64,000 nt of DNA from an uncultured Bacteroidales bacterium (GCA_964452905.1 CAYVNP010000013.1:7374-71373), one strand, 5' to 3'; numbered from the stretch's first letter, positions 10,672 to 21,426 are shown. The notes: generated by a model from the sequence alone, not told the origin. Made by a program: numbers and translations.

Positions 10672-11301
10672 ATGGAAAATATTTCCGAAATTATTCGTTT
10701 TCTGTTTGATACTGAGAAACTCATTCAATATGGAGGACTGTCACTTCTTTTAATTATAATTTTTGCGGAAACAGGAATTTTGATTGGGTTCTTTTTGCCG
10801 GGTGATTCACTTTTATTTTCTGCCGGATTATTATGTGGCACCAAAGATCTTTCAGTCAATATTTTTGTTCTGTTGTTATCTGTAACAATTGCTGCTATTG
10901 TAGGTAATATTACCGGCTACTTCTCCGGTAAAACTATTGGAAAACGATTATATAAAAAAAAAGACTCTTTGTTTTTTAAAAAAAAACATCTTGAAAGTGC
11001 TTCAATTTACTATAAAAAATATGGTGGAGTTTCTATAATTATCAGCCGATTTCTTCCATTTATCCGAACTTTTACCCCAATTATTGCAGGTACTATTAAC
11101 ATGAACTTTTGGAAATTTAATTCATTTAATATAATTGGTGCATTTTTATGGATATGGACTTTAATTCCATTGGGTTATTTTGCCGGAAAAAAAATACCAA
11201 ATGCCGCCTTAAACATTGAATATTTTATAATTGGAATTACCATTTTTGTCTTGTCATTGACACTTGTTGGATTTTTAAAGAACAGTAGAAAACAAAATTA
11301 A
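10672..11301 (+). CDS. DedA/VTT-family membrane protein
   Basis: Motif FAETGILIGFFLPGDSLLFSAG, multiple TM helices, about 210 aa. ATG at 10672 (track start 10669 is TTG). Confidence 0.85.
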   Translation: MENISEIIRFLFDTEKLIQYGGLSLLLIIIFAETGILIGFFLPGDSLLFSAGLLCGTKDLSVNIFVLLLSVTIAAIVGNITGYFSGKTIGKRLYKKKDSLFFKKKHLESASIYYKKYGGVSIIISRFLPFIRTFTPIIAGTINMNFWKFNSFNIIGAFLWIWTLIPLGYFAGKKIPNAALNIEYFIIGITIFVLSLTLVGFLKNSRKQN

Positions 11302-12729
11302 TTACTTCCAACCGCCACCAAGGGCTTTATAAATATTAATAAAAGTATAACACTGTTGCTTTTTCACATTAACTAATTCCAATTTTGATTTTAACGTATT
11401 CTGTTGCATCAGTAATACTTCCAGATAGTTTGCTTTTCCTGTTTTAAATAATTCAGAAGAAATATCAATAGAATTAGACAATATATTTACTTCATCAATT
11501 TTTAATTCAGCTATCTTTTGCAATGTGTTTATCAGCGATAATTCATTGTTGACTTCAACGTAAGCATTCAAGATAGTTTGTTGATATTTATATAATGCCT
11601 CTACCTGTTGAGCTTTGGCTGCTTTAAACTGCGATTTAATTGCATTCCTGTTCACCAAAGGAGCAATTAAATTACCAATAACTGTATAAGCAATTGATTG
11701 AGGTGTTTCAAAAAAATAAGATGGATTAAATGCCTGAAATCCTAATGTTCCATTTATAACAAAAGATGGGAAAAAAGATGCTTTAGCTGCAGCAACATCA
11801 GCATTGAATGCCTGCAGTTCCAATTCTGATTTTCTAATATCAGGACGATTGACTAATAGTTCAGAAGGTATTCCTGAATTTACTTTTGTTTTAATGGCAT
11901 TTATAAAAAATAATTTATTTCGGTTTACCTTCTGAGGATATCGGGCTAATAAAAAGTTTATCTTATTTTCAACCGTTTTAATTTTTTGCTCTACTTCAAT
12001 TTCCATTGCTTTTACATTTTTAACCTGAGCTTCAAACTGATTAACAGCCAAGGCATTTGCAACTGCAGCTTCTTTTTGAATTTTAACAATGTTCAAAGCA
12101 TATTCTTCCAGTTTAATTGTCTCTCTGATGATGTCAAGTTCATTGTCTAAACTAATCAGTTCAAAATATGCAGAAGCTACTTCTGCAATCAAATTGGAAA
12201 TAAACATATGTCGGTATTCTTCACTTGCCATGAAACGTAATAAAGCTGCTTTTTTTCTGTTTTTAAGTTTGCCCCACACATCAATCTCCCAAGCTGTTTG
12301 TAACCCAAGATAATAATCCGGAAGATGAACCGGTATTGTTTTTCCTTGTACTATATCGGTATTCTTATTCCCTGCTCCATCCATTGTATATTGTCCGAAC
12401 TTAGTTTGTCCAAAAGTACCACCAACAGACAATAAAGGCAAAAGGTCTCCTTTTCTCATTTTTAATTCAGCTCTCATTACTTCAATTCTTTGCTGTGCCA
12501 TTAAAAGATCATAATTATTTTTAATAGCCGTATCAATCAATCCTACCAGCAATGTATCAGAAAAATAATTTTTCCAGTTAATAGTTACAGAATTTAAAGA
12601 ATCCTTTGATTCCAAATATTTTCCGGGAATAGAATTGGTTGAATTTTGATTAATTAGTTTAGTCGTTTTACAACTCGTTATCAGAAGTAAAATCGTTATA
12701 ATGTTAAATACAAAAATTATTTTTTTCAT
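11302..12729 (-). CDS. RND efflux outer-membrane factor lipoprotein (TolC/NodT family)
   Basis: Lipobox ITSCK, two coiled-coil/TolC-like repeats, C-terminal YKALGGGW. Last gene of the MFP-RND-OMF operon. Confidence 0.9.
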   Translation of the reverse strand: MKKIIFVFNIITILLLITSCKTTKLINQNSTNSIPGKYLESKDSLNSVTINWKNYFSDTLLVGLIDTAIKNNYDLLMAQQRIEVMRAELKMRKGDLLPLLSVGGTFGQTKFGQYTMDGAGNKNTDIVQGKTIPVHLPDYYLGLQTAWEIDVWGKLKNRKKAALLRFMASEEYRHMFISNLIAEVASAYFELISLDNELDIIRETIKLEEYALNIVKIQKEAAVANALAVNQFEAQVKNVKAMEIEVEQKIKTVENKINFLLARYPQKVNRNKLFFINAIKTKVNSGIPSELLVNRPDIRKSELELQAFNADVAAAKASFFPSFVINGTLGFQAFNPSYFFETPQSIAYTVIGNLIAPLVNRNAIKSQFKAAKAQQVEALYKYQQTILNAYVEVNNELSLINTLQKIAELKIDEVNILSNSIDISSELFKTGKANYLEVLLMQQNTLKSKLELVNVKKQQCYTFINIYKALGGGWK

Positions 12730-12733
12730 CTTT

Positions 12734-15700
12734 TTAAATTACTTCGGTAAATGGTTTTTCTTCATGTGTTCCTTTTTTTATAAATTTTTCAGCAATCGAA
12801 GCAAACACCACATAAAGGCCGGGAATAATAATGATTCCGAATATTGTTCCGAATAACATTCCACCGGCTGCCGCAGCGCCTATTGTTTTATTCCCTATAG
12901 CTCCAGCTCCTGTTGCTAACATCAGTGGAATCAAGCCGGCAATAAATGCAAATGAAGTCATCAGAATGGGTCTAAATCTAACCTGCGCTCCTTCAATGGC
13001 CGCTTGCAACGGAGTACTACCCTGACTATGTTTGAGGGATGCAAATTCTACAATCAATATGGCATTTTTACCAAGTAAGCCGATCAGCATGATCAGGGCT
13101 ATTTGTGCATAAATATTATTTTCGAGACCCATCATCATCAATAATAAAAATGCTCCAAAAACACCTGTGGGAATTGAAAGGATAACAGGTAAAGGCAATA
13201 AAAAACTTTCGTATTGAGCGGATAATAATAAATACACAAATAACAGACATATGACAAATATAAATATAGCTTCATTGCCTGAATTTGCCTGTTCTCTAAA
13301 GGAGCCAGCCCAATCGTAATCATATCCTTTAGGGAGTTTTTCTTTTGCAACTTCTTTGATTGCATCAATGACCTGCCCACTACTAAATCCTTTGGCTGCT
13401 TCCCCGTTTAACATTGCGGATGGAAACATATTATATCGTGTCACCTGTTCGGGTCCATACACTTTATGAATAGTTAAAAAAGCCGACATCGGAACCATTT
13501 CATCTTTTTTGTTTTTAACATATAATTGTAAAATATCGTCAGGTTTAGCTCTGAATTCAGGAAGCGCCTGCACCATCACGCGATACATTTGTCCAAAACG
13601 AATGAAATTAGTTGCATATTCACTTCCTAAATATGTTTGCAGGGTGTTTAAAATATTCTCTACCACAACACCTTTTTGTGCAGCTTTTGCATAATCAATA
13701 TTTACTAATAGTTGAGGGAAGCTTGCATCAAAAATTGAAAAGGCATTTGTAATTTCAGGGCGTTTATTCAATTCTTTTACAAAATTATTCGATACCTCTT
13801 CTAATTTTTTAATATCACCTTTGCCTGTTTTATCAAGCAGTCTCAACTCAAATCCACTGGCATTCCCATAACCGGGTACCGGAGGAGGTGTGAAATATTC
13901 AATTTTTGCATCTTTAATATACGATGTTTTCTCTCTCAATATGTCAATGATCTCTTTATCTGATTTAGTTCTTTCTTTCCATGGTTTCAAACTAATCAGG
14001 TTCATCCCATAAGTGGCGCCTGTTCCGTCAGATAAAACACTAAATCCTGCTAAAGTAGAAACAGATTGAACACCATCAATTTTCCCTGCTGTTTGCTGAA
14101 TATCATCCACTACTTTTTCGGTTCGTTCCAATGTTGCACCTGATGGAGTAGTAATACTCGTATAAATAGTTCCCTGATCTTCATTGGGAATAAATCCTGT
14201 AGGCAATAGCTTCCCTAACAATCCGGAACCAATACAAAACACAAATAAGATGGAAAAGGTGATCATCTTTCTATTGGCAATCCGTGTGATTAATTTCTGA
14301 TACCGTTCAGAAAGCTTATTGTACCAGGAATTAAACCCGTTAAATAATTGATTGATCCAGATTTTCTTCTGGTGTAAATCATGTGGATTTTTTAATAATA
14401 TGATACAAAGCGCCGGTGTTAGTGTTAATGCAACGATACCTGATAGTACAATAGAAACAGCCATAGTTAAAGAAAACTGGCGATAAAAAATTCCAGTCGG
14501 ACCTGACATAAATGCAACAGGAATAAATACGGCAGACATCACTAAAGTAATTGCTATTATAGCTCCACTGATTTCTTTCATGGCTTGTTCTGTTGCTTTT
14601 TTTGGAGAAATTCCTGATTTTTCCATCTTTGCATGAACAGCTTCTACCACCACAATGGCATTATCCACAACAATTCCAATGGCAAGTACCAATGCAAACA
14701 GTGTAATCATGTTTATAGAAAAGTTCAGCATATTCATAAAAAAGAAAGTGCCAATCAATGATACAGGTACTGTTAATGCAGGTATCAGCGTTGAACGCCA
14801 ATCCTGTAAAAAAATAAAAACAACCAAGGATACCAACAAAAAAGCTTCTATCAATGTTTTGATGACTTCATAAATTGATGCATCTAAAAAAGTGGACACA
14901 TCGTAACTAAAGGTATAATCTATTCCTGCTGGAAACGACTTTTTGAGTTCTGCCATTTTGTTTTTAATATTTTCAATGACCTGACTTGCATTACTGCCAG
15001 GTCTTTGTTTTAATAAAATAGCTGCAGAAGGTTTGCCGTTTTCTTTTGACAATACATCATAATCCTGAGAGCCAAATTCCACCTCGGCAATATCTTTTAG
15101 CCGAACAAGCTCTCCGTCTGCATTGCTTCTGATGATTATATTTTCATACTGTTCTTTCGTATTATTTTTTCCTGAATATTTTACAACATATTGTAAAGAT
15201 TGAGATTTTCTCCCTGAACTTTCGCCTATTTTACCGGGGGCCGCTTCAACGTTTTGTTCTTTCAAACTACTGATCACATCTGCTGTTGAAATTGATAATG
15301 CAGTCATTTTATTCGGATTTAACCAAATACGCATAGAATAATCCCGTCTGCCCATGATGTCTGCAAATCCAACACCATCAATACGTTTGAGCTCTGCCAA
15401 TAAATTAATATCTGCATAATTATAAAGAAATTTTTCATCCATGGCTGTATCCCGACCAAGAATGTTTATATACAACAACATACTGTTTTGTACTTTTTCA
15501 ACGATGACACCATTTTTTATCACTTCTTCAGGCAATTCATCCAATACAGAAGCAACCCTGTTCTGAACATTGACTGAAGCAATTTCAGGGTCTGTACCTG
15601 TTTTAAAAATTATTTGAATGACACTCACTCCATCGTTCATAGATACTGACGACATATATGCCATGCCCGGAACTCCATTGATGGCTCGTTCCAAATGGGT

Positions 15701-15886
15701 AACTACCGCCTTTACACTTGCTTCGGCATTAGCGCCGGTATAATTTGTAGTAACGGTAACCTCAGGAGGTGCAATATCAGGAAATTGTGTTACCGGCAAT
15801 TGAGTTAAAGTTAAACCACCTAATAATGTAATGATAACAGATATTACAATGGATAAAACGGGTCGGTGAATAAATCTTGAGATCAT
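12734..15886 (-). CDS. Efflux RND transporter permease subunit (AcrB/HAE1-like)
   Basis: 1050 aa. N-terminus FIHRPVLSIVISVIITLLGG, 12-TM architecture, conserved VVDNAIVVVE. Confidence 0.95.
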   Translation of the reverse strand: MISRFIHRPVLSIVISVIITLLGGLTLTQLPVTQFPDIAPPEVTVTTNYTGANAEASVKAVVTHLERAINGVPGMAYMSSVSMNDGVSVIQIIFKTGTDPEIASVNVQNRVASVLDELPEEVIKNGVIVEKVQNSMLLYINILGRDTAMDEKFLYNYADINLLAELKRIDGVGFADIMGRRDYSMRIWLNPNKMTALSISTADVISSLKEQNVEAAPGKIGESSGRKSQSLQYVVKYSGKNNTKEQYENIIIRSNADGELVRLKDIAEVEFGSQDYDVLSKENGKPSAAILLKQRPGSNASQVIENIKNKMAELKKSFPAGIDYTFSYDVSTFLDASIYEVIKTLIEAFLLVSLVVFIFLQDWRSTLIPALTVPVSLIGTFFFMNMLNFSINMITLFALVLAIGIVVDNAIVVVEAVHAKMEKSGISPKKATEQAMKEISGAIIAITLVMSAVFIPVAFMSGPTGIFYRQFSLTMAVSIVLSGIVALTLTPALCIILLKNPHDLHQKKIWINQLFNGFNSWYNKLSERYQKLITRIANRKMITFSILFVFCIGSGLLGKLLPTGFIPNEDQGTIYTSITTPSGATLERTEKVVDDIQQTAGKIDGVQSVSTLAGFSVLSDGTGATYGMNLISLKPWKERTKSDKEIIDILREKTSYIKDAKIEYFTPPPVPGYGNASGFELRLLDKTGKGDIKKLEEVSNNFVKELNKRPEITNAFSIFDASFPQLLVNIDYAKAAQKGVVVENILNTLQTYLGSEYATNFIRFGQMYRVMVQALPEFRAKPDDILQLYVKNKKDEMVPMSAFLTIHKVYGPEQVTRYNMFPSAMLNGEAAKGFSSGQVIDAIKEVAKEKLPKGYDYDWAGSFREQANSGNEAIFIFVICLLFVYLLLSAQYESFLLPLPVILSIPTGVFGAFLLLMMMGLENNIYAQIALIMLIGLLGKNAILIVEFASLKHSQGSTPLQAAIEGAQVRFRPILMTSFAFIAGLIPLMLATGAGAIGNKTIGAAAAGGMLFGTIFGIIIIPGLYVVFASIAEKFIKKGTHEEKPFTEVI

Positions 15887-15907
15887 ATTTTTCAGGTATC
15901 GGGTTTT

Positions 15908-17026
15908 TTATAATTTTGTTTGTTGAGCCATAATCTGTGCCATTGACACAGGTTCAGGGATTATTTTATCTCCTTCTTTCACCCGTTGTATGCCTTCATA
16001 AATAATTTTATCATCAGGCGTTAATCCGGATTCGATTACAAATAAATGGGGTAAGCGTTGTTTGATAAGGATATTGCGTGATTGTACAACATTATTCCTA
16101 TCAACAACAAACACATATGTTTTTTCCTGAATTTCATAAGTTGCTTTTTGTGGAATTACCATTGCATTTGCAAGTTCATTAATAAGTTGAATTTTACCGC
16201 TTGAACCGTGTTTTAATAATCGATCAGGATTTTTAAATCTTGCTCTGAACGCCAGATTGCCGGTGTTTTTATCAATTTCACTTTCAACAATTTCAATTTT
16301 ACCCGGATGATTGTATAATTGTCCGTCAGCTAAAATCAGTTGTAAATTTTTTTGTTGATTGTTTTCATTTTCCCTCAGCATATTGAGATATTCTTTCTCC
16401 GAAACATGGAAGTACGCAAATACTTCATTAGTATTGGAAATAGTTGTAAGAAAAGCACCTTCATCAATCAAACTACCAATTTTATTTGGTATTCTATTGA
16501 TAACCCCATTGAACGGAGCTCTGATAATTGTATATGACAGATTTAAAGTTGCATTTGATTCATTGGATTTTGCTTCATCAATTTTGGCAAGCAGTGCATC
16601 CCATTTCGCTTGAGCCATTTCAAGCTGAGTTCTTGAAATTATATTTTTCTCAACTAAAATCTTATTATTCCTTACTTCTAATTCAGCTGCTTTTGCATCT
16701 GCAATTACATTTTTTAATAATGCTTTTGCTTTCAGAAGTTCTTCCTGATATTCTCGATTGCTGATACAAAACAATACTTGACCTTCTTTTACAATTGCCC
16801 CTTCATCAACATATATTTTATCTAAAAATCCTTTTACCCTTGCCCGTATTTCGACGTTCTGGATAGCTTGTATGTCTGCGACATAATCCTGTGTAAAAGT
16901 TGTATTCAACACAACAGGAAAGGTAACAGGAAATTTTTCATTCGTTTTATCTGTTTTTTTATCGGATGAACATGCTGTCAATATATATACAGCACAAATG
17001 CATGTATGCAGGAATAACTTTTTCAT
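15908..17026 (-). CDS. Efflux RND periplasmic adaptor (membrane fusion protein)
   Basis: Lipobox LTACSS, barrel-sandwich/coiled-coil hairpin pattern (IRARVKGFL..VDEGAIVKEGQVLF, TIIRAPFNGVI). Sits upstream of the RND pump. Confidence 0.9.
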   Translation of the reverse strand: MKKLFLHTCICAVYILTACSSDKKTDKTNEKFPVTFPVVLNTTFTQDYVADIQAIQNVEIRARVKGFLDKIYVDEGAIVKEGQVLFCISNREYQEELLKAKALLKNVIADAKAAELEVRNNKILVEKNIISRTQLEMAQAKWDALLAKIDEAKSNESNATLNLSYTIIRAPFNGVINRIPNKIGSLIDEGAFLTTISNTNEVFAYFHVSEKEYLNMLRENENNQQKNLQLILADGQLYNHPGKIEIVESEIDKNTGNLAFRARFKNPDRLLKHGSSGKIQLINELANAMVIPQKATYEIQEKTYVFVVDRNNVVQSRNILIKQRLPHLFVIESGLTPDDKIIYEGIQRVKEGDKIIPEPVSMAQIMAQQTKL

Positions 17027-17132
17027 TGAAATAATATTTAATTTATGTAATATAAAAATGACTTAACACGTTTGATTAAGCACAAATACATCCACCTGAT
17101 TCTGTGGGTATGTTTAATAAATAATATTTGTA

Positions 17133-17519
17133 TTAGACCTTAGGAGGCGGAGGACATATCTCAGGATGGTATTGAGAAAATAAATGTTCCTTGTATTCAG
17201 AAGGAATATTTATAATCGGGAAACAATGTAAATTAGACATATTTGTAATATAGTTCAAATGAAATAAATCAACATCTAATTTAATATCCATACAAAAACT
17301 AACTTCAGCATTTTCATCATTTTGTTCTGCAATTGCATTTTTAAAATTAAAAACCTGCTCCAATACAATTTCAAGAAAACTTTCCATTTTGTTAAATGAA
17401 ATTTTATTTGAAAAAAAACATTCCTGAAGAAGTGGTGCTTTAACACTGCAATTCATAATATGAATAGCCAATGCTAAAGTTAAAAAACGGATGATTATAT
17501 TTTGTCGGATAAATTTCAT
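17133..17519 (-). CDS. Small secreted or membrane-anchored hypothetical protein ending in PPPPKV
   Basis: 128 aa with an N-terminal hydrophobic segment. First gene of the efflux operon orientation. C-terminal motif is shared with ORF 20887..21189. Confidence 0.5.
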   Translation of the reverse strand: MKFIRQNIIIRFLTLALAIHIMNCSVKAPLLQECFFSNKISFNKMESFLEIVLEQVFNFKNAIAEQNDENAEVSFCMDIKLDVDLFHLNYITNMSNLHCFPIINIPSEYKEHLFSQYHPEICPPPPKV

Positions 17520-17612
17520 TAAGGGGTCAAAGATATTAATAAAACTTTAATTTTTTTTATAGAGGAAAATCATTTATTGACAAATTATATTACGCTTTTT
17601 TAAACCTATCCT

Positions 17613-18005
17613 CTAATGTATAACTTTAGTATTTTTCGATTTAATCCATTTTCTTGCTCTGGTAGTTGATGTAAATAATTCACATGACCATTTTGTCAGA
17701 TTTATTAAGATTTTATACTTTAAAATAAAATCTATTATTAAAGGATTTTTAGTAACAACAGCAACTTTCATTTTTTTATTCAACCATCTCATAGCTGATT
17801 TATCTAATGCACTCAACATAAACGCATCGTCTTTGTTAATTGTAATGTTATCTACCTTTGAAAAATCCCATAGCTGATATTTAGCATGTTTGAATCTTTC
17901 ATCAATAAATAATTTGCATTTTGCTTCCTGAATTTCAAGTATATTAACTTGTCCGAATATTTTTTTATAAATACCGGCTTTTTCCCAATATATTTGATAA
18001 GTCAT
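17613..18005 (-). CDS. Hypothetical protein (130 aa)
   Basis: Clean ATG-initiated ORF in a co-directional gene block. I recognise no motif with confidence. Confidence 0.45.
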   Translation of the reverse strand: MTYQIYWEKAGIYKKIFGQVNILEIQEAKCKLFIDERFKHAKYQLWDFSKVDNITINKDDAFMLSALDKSAMRWLNKKMKVAVVTKNPLIIDFILKYKILINLTKWSCELFTSTTRARKWIKSKNTKVIH

Positions 18006-18099
18006 AGTTGTTAAGATTTAATTATGTTTTTAAATACTTATTTTCATTTGTAAGTAAACAGCATTGATTATTATAACAAAACTACTGTCATATAAAAAA

Positions 18100-18351
18100 T
18101 TAATCAAATAATTCATTTAACCAACCTTTTTTTCTATGTTTAGAATAATCTTGTTGTTTATTTTCAAAACTATCATCCATGTGATTATGAGGATTATAAT
18201 TTGATTGAACTTGGGTTAGAACTGATCGTTCAATAATTTTGTCAAGTTCACAACGGTCTAACCAAATACCACGACATTGAGGGCAGTAATCAATTTCAAT
18301 ACCCAGTCTTTCGGACATTACTAAAGTTAAATTACACTTTGGACAATTCAT
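18100..18351 (-). CDS. Zinc-ribbon (TFIIB-type zf) domain protein
   Basis: CPKC..x16..CPQCRGIWLDRCELDKI, the four-Cys ribbon typical of zf-TFIIB-like small proteins. I prefer the ATG at 18351 (MNCPKC) over the track's TTG at 18375. It lies 27 nt downstream of TerC. Confidence 0.7.
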   Translation of the reverse strand: MNCPKCNLTLVMSERLGIEIDYCPQCRGIWLDRCELDKIIERSVLTQVQSNYNPHNHMDDSFENKQQDYSKHRKKGWLNELFD

Positions 18352-18378
18352 ATTTTTTATTTTTAAATTAAACAATCG

Positions 18379-19296
18379 TTAATATTTTTTTGGGGGAAAT
18401 AAAACAGAAAACACAACAGAAACAATCAATATTCCGAGAATAGTTAAGAGAGAATAACCAATTGGAATTTTATAAAAAAAAACGATTACCATTTTTACTC
18501 CAACAAAAACAAGAATAGCAGATAATCCATATTTAAGGTAGTGAAAATATTTTGTTATTCCTGCAAGTGCAAAATACAATGCTCTTAAACCCAAAATTGC
18601 GAAAACATTAGAAGTGAAAATAATAAATGGGTCATTTGATATAGCAAGGATTGCTGGTATTGAATCTACAGCAAAAATCAAATCAGTAAATTCAACTACC
18701 AAGAGAACGACAAACAAAGGTGTAGCAAATGTTTTAGCATTTATTTTAACAAAAAAATTATCACCATGTAACTTCTCACTAATTGGAAATATTTTCCTGA
18801 ACAATTTAACAAGTGGATTTTTTTCAGGTACAATTATTTCATCCTTATGAAAAAGCATTTTGATTCCGGTAAAAACAAGAAACAAGCCGAATATATATAT
18901 AATCCAATGGAATTTACTAATAAGAGCAACACCTGAAAATATAAAAATTGCTCGCAAGATCAGCGCCCCTAATATTCCCCAGAAAAGAATTTTATGTTGA
19001 TATTTAGAATCAACTTTGAAAAAAGTAAAAAGCATAATAAATACAAATAAATTATCAATGCTTAACGATTTTTCCAATACATATCCGGTAAGAAATTCAA
19101 GCGCTTTTTCTTTCCCCATTATTATTAAAACACCATAATTAAAAATAATAGCCATTGAAATCCATACAACACTCCAGATAAGCGCTTCTTTAATTTTAAT
19201 TTCATGCGATTTACGATGAAATACTCCCAAATCTAAAACTAACATTAGAATTACAAACGCAATAAACCCAATCCAAACATAAACATCAATAACCAT
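18379..19296 (-). CDS. TerC/Alx-family integral membrane protein
   Basis: LEFLTGYVLEKSLSIDNLFVF and a second half with a FAVDSIPAILAI repeat. About 9 TM helices. Confidence 0.9.
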   Translation of the reverse strand: MVIDVYVWIGFIAFVILMLVLDLGVFHRKSHEIKIKEALIWSVVWISMAIIFNYGVLIIMGKEKALEFLTGYVLEKSLSIDNLFVFIMLFTFFKVDSKYQHKILFWGILGALILRAIFIFSGVALISKFHWIIYIFGLFLVFTGIKMLFHKDEIIVPEKNPLVKLFRKIFPISEKLHGDNFFVKINAKTFATPLFVVLLVVEFTDLIFAVDSIPAILAISNDPFIIFTSNVFAILGLRALYFALAGITKYFHYLKYGLSAILVFVGVKMVIVFFYKIPIGYSLLTILGILIVSVVFSVLFPPKKY

Positions 19297-19399
19297 AACT
19301 TAATTTTTTTAAATTTTTAATTAAACTTAAACTATAATTTATAAACCGTACAACACATTTCAAAACCCAATCATAAATTCATAAAACATACAATTCTTT

Positions 19400-20014
19400 T
19401 CAAAAAACTTTAATTACAAAAATTACAATAGCAATACATGCTGTAACTATTATTGCAATAGGTTTAAATTTAAACTCAAGTATTTTTAAAATTTTCTCAC
19501 CAATAATTCTGATCAAAAATGCCAATAAATAAAATCTTATTCCTTGGCTTATTAATGTGATAAAGCAAAACATAAAAATATTTATGTTAAAAATCCCTGA
19601 CGAAATAGCAAATATTTTATAAGGTACAGGAATAAACGGTGCTATAAACAAAATCCAAAAATTCCATTTTGCATACTGGAAATAAATTTTATTATATACT
19701 GTTTCGGAAAACCCCGGAATATTATTAAACAAAAATTGTGCAAGTCCGGTAAACTCACCGTTCGTATTAAGCCAGGCAAAATGACCTATTGAATATCCAA
19801 TTATTGCTCCAAAAAACGTTCCTAAAGTACCCAACAATGCATACGTATATGCTTTCGTAACATTTAACAAAACAATACCAATGAAAAACATTGGAGTGGG
19901 TAACGGTAAAAAAGAGGCATCAGCAAAAGCGCATAAAAACAATGCCAATGCACCCCATTTGGTATCAGCCCATTTTAAACTCCAGACATGTAATTTATTA
20001 AACCAATTCTTCAT
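19400..20014 (-). CDS. YqaA-like (VTT/DedA-superfamily) membrane protein
   Basis: KWGALALFLCAFADASFLPLPTPMFFI motif, about 200 aa, multiple TM helices. Confidence 0.75.
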   Translation of the reverse strand: MKNWFNKLHVWSLKWADTKWGALALFLCAFADASFLPLPTPMFFIGIVLLNVTKAYTYALLGTLGTFFGAIIGYSIGHFAWLNTNGEFTGLAQFLFNNIPGFSETVYNKIYFQYAKWNFWILFIAPFIPVPYKIFAISSGIFNINIFMFCFITLISQGIRFYLLAFLIRIIGEKILKILEFKFKPIAIIVTACIAIVIFVIKVF

Positions 20015-20054
20015 TCTTTTTTTAATAATTTAAATTGAAAATTACCCAACCTAT

Positions 20055-20735
20055 TTATTCTCGCCTTCCAAAAAAAATCATGATATAATATAATAATGTT
20101 GCGAGCGAACCAAGTGCCGCAATGACATATGTATAAGCAGCCCACCGCAAAGCATCTTGTGCTTTTGAATGAGAATTATAATTGGTTATTCCTGCTGAGT
20201 TAAGCCAAATTAAAGCTCTTTTACTTGCATTTATTTCTATTGGTAGTGTTATTAAACTGAATAAAGTGGTAAGAGCAAATAATAATATTCCAGCAAGTAG
20301 CATTTGTGGAAAAGCATTTATTAATAATACTCCTCCAAGTAATACCCATTGAACCCAATTTGAAGCAAAATTAACCATAGGTACTAAAGTTGAACGTAAG
20401 CGCAACCATGCATAAGAATTTGCATGTTGAATTGCATGACCGCATTCATGTGCTGATACTGCTCCTGCTGCAATATGATTTCCAAAATACACATCGCTAC
20501 TAAGGTTGATGGTTTTGGTTATCGGATTATAATGGTCGGTCAGTTCTCCTTTTACAGAAAGAATTTTTATGTCTTTAATTCCATTTTCAAAAAGCATTTT
20601 TTCTGCAACCTCGCATCCTGTCATACCATTATTCATTGGTATTAGGGAGTATTTCTTAAATCTCGATTTAAGCTGATAGCTTATCAACCAACTAAGTAGC
20701 ATAAATAAGCCAAAAATCATTAAATATGATACCAT
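20055..20735 (-). CDS. Membrane-associated neutral zinc metallopeptidase (Zn_peptidase_2 type)
   Basis: N-terminal TM, VSAHECGHAIQH (HExxH) and C-terminal TM helices. About 226 aa, typical of this family. Confidence 0.85.
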   Translation of the reverse strand: MVSYLMIFGLFMLLSWLISYQLKSRFKKYSLIPMNNGMTGCEVAEKMLFENGIKDIKILSVKGELTDHYNPITKTINLSSDVYFGNHIAAGAVSAHECGHAIQHANSYAWLRLRSTLVPMVNFASNWVQWVLLGGVLLINAFPQMLLAGILLFALTTLFSLITLPIEINASKRALIWLNSAGITNYNSHSKAQDALRWAAYTYVIAALGSLATLLYYIMIFFGRRE

Positions 20736-20886
20736 CTTTTAAAAATTTAGTTTAACCTTAATTTTTATATTCAAAAAATCCATATTAGAACAGAAATAAA
20801 CTGTTAAATAAAATAATTTATACAAACCTAATACCACATGATAATAATAATCATGTTGAGATATAAAGGCAGATTAAAAAGTATTA

Positions 20887-21189
20887 TCAGGAAACTTTAG
20901 GTGGTTGCCAAATGGATTGAGAGTGCTTAAGAAATACAAAGTTGTTATTTGAGAAAGGAATTAAACATATAATTTCGTCAATCAAATTAGGTTCAAAATG
21001 TTTGATAATTTGATCATCTTCAAAAGAAGCAATATCTCCGATAAAAATATTATCAAAATCAACCTTATCCACAAAATGTGTAATGTTATTTGAACTTAAA
21101 TTGTTATTTGAATATTCGACCAACCCAAAACAACAAAGTATTGCTATTGAAAAGAAAATATTTAAAATTTTATTTTTTCGAATTTTCAT
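20887..21189 (-). CDS. Small secreted or membrane-anchored hypothetical protein ending in WQPPKVS
   Basis: 100 aa with an N-terminal hydrophobic segment. C-terminal HSQSIWQPPKVS resembles FSQYHPEICPPPPKV of ORF 17133..17519. Confidence 0.5.
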   Translation of the reverse strand: MKIRKNKILNIFFSIAILCCFGLVEYSNNNLSSNNITHFVDKVDFDNIFIGDIASFEDDQIIKHFEPNLIDEIICLIPFSNNNFVFLKHSQSIWQPPKVS

Positions 21190-21426
21190 ATTTTTGTAAA
21201 AGTAGCAATATTAACATCAACTTTAAGAAATTGGATAATAAATAGTTTGATCATTAACATTTATTAATTAAATACAATACTAAACTAATTAATCAAAGAA
21301 CGTGCCAAAACTAATTATTAGCAATATATTGTTAGGACAATAAAATGATTTTATTTCCTTTATAATATTACTAATGTCTTGTGAATTAAAAAGCGAAATA
21401 AATAATTCCTAATCCTGAAAATACTG

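Noticed and set aside
11299-11304. Convergent genes whose stop codons abut with no spacer (DedA/OMF at 11301/11302; likewise GH43/pfkA at 35438/35440)
   Set aside because: This is real in the sequence but reflects a compact genome. There is no room for a terminator hairpin and nothing further to test from sequence alone.
19297-19399. Expected yybP-ykoY (Mn) riboswitch upstream of the TerC-family gene
   Set aside because: The 103-nt upstream region is almost pure A/T with no G/C-rich helices that could form the four-way junction, so no riboswitch is supported.
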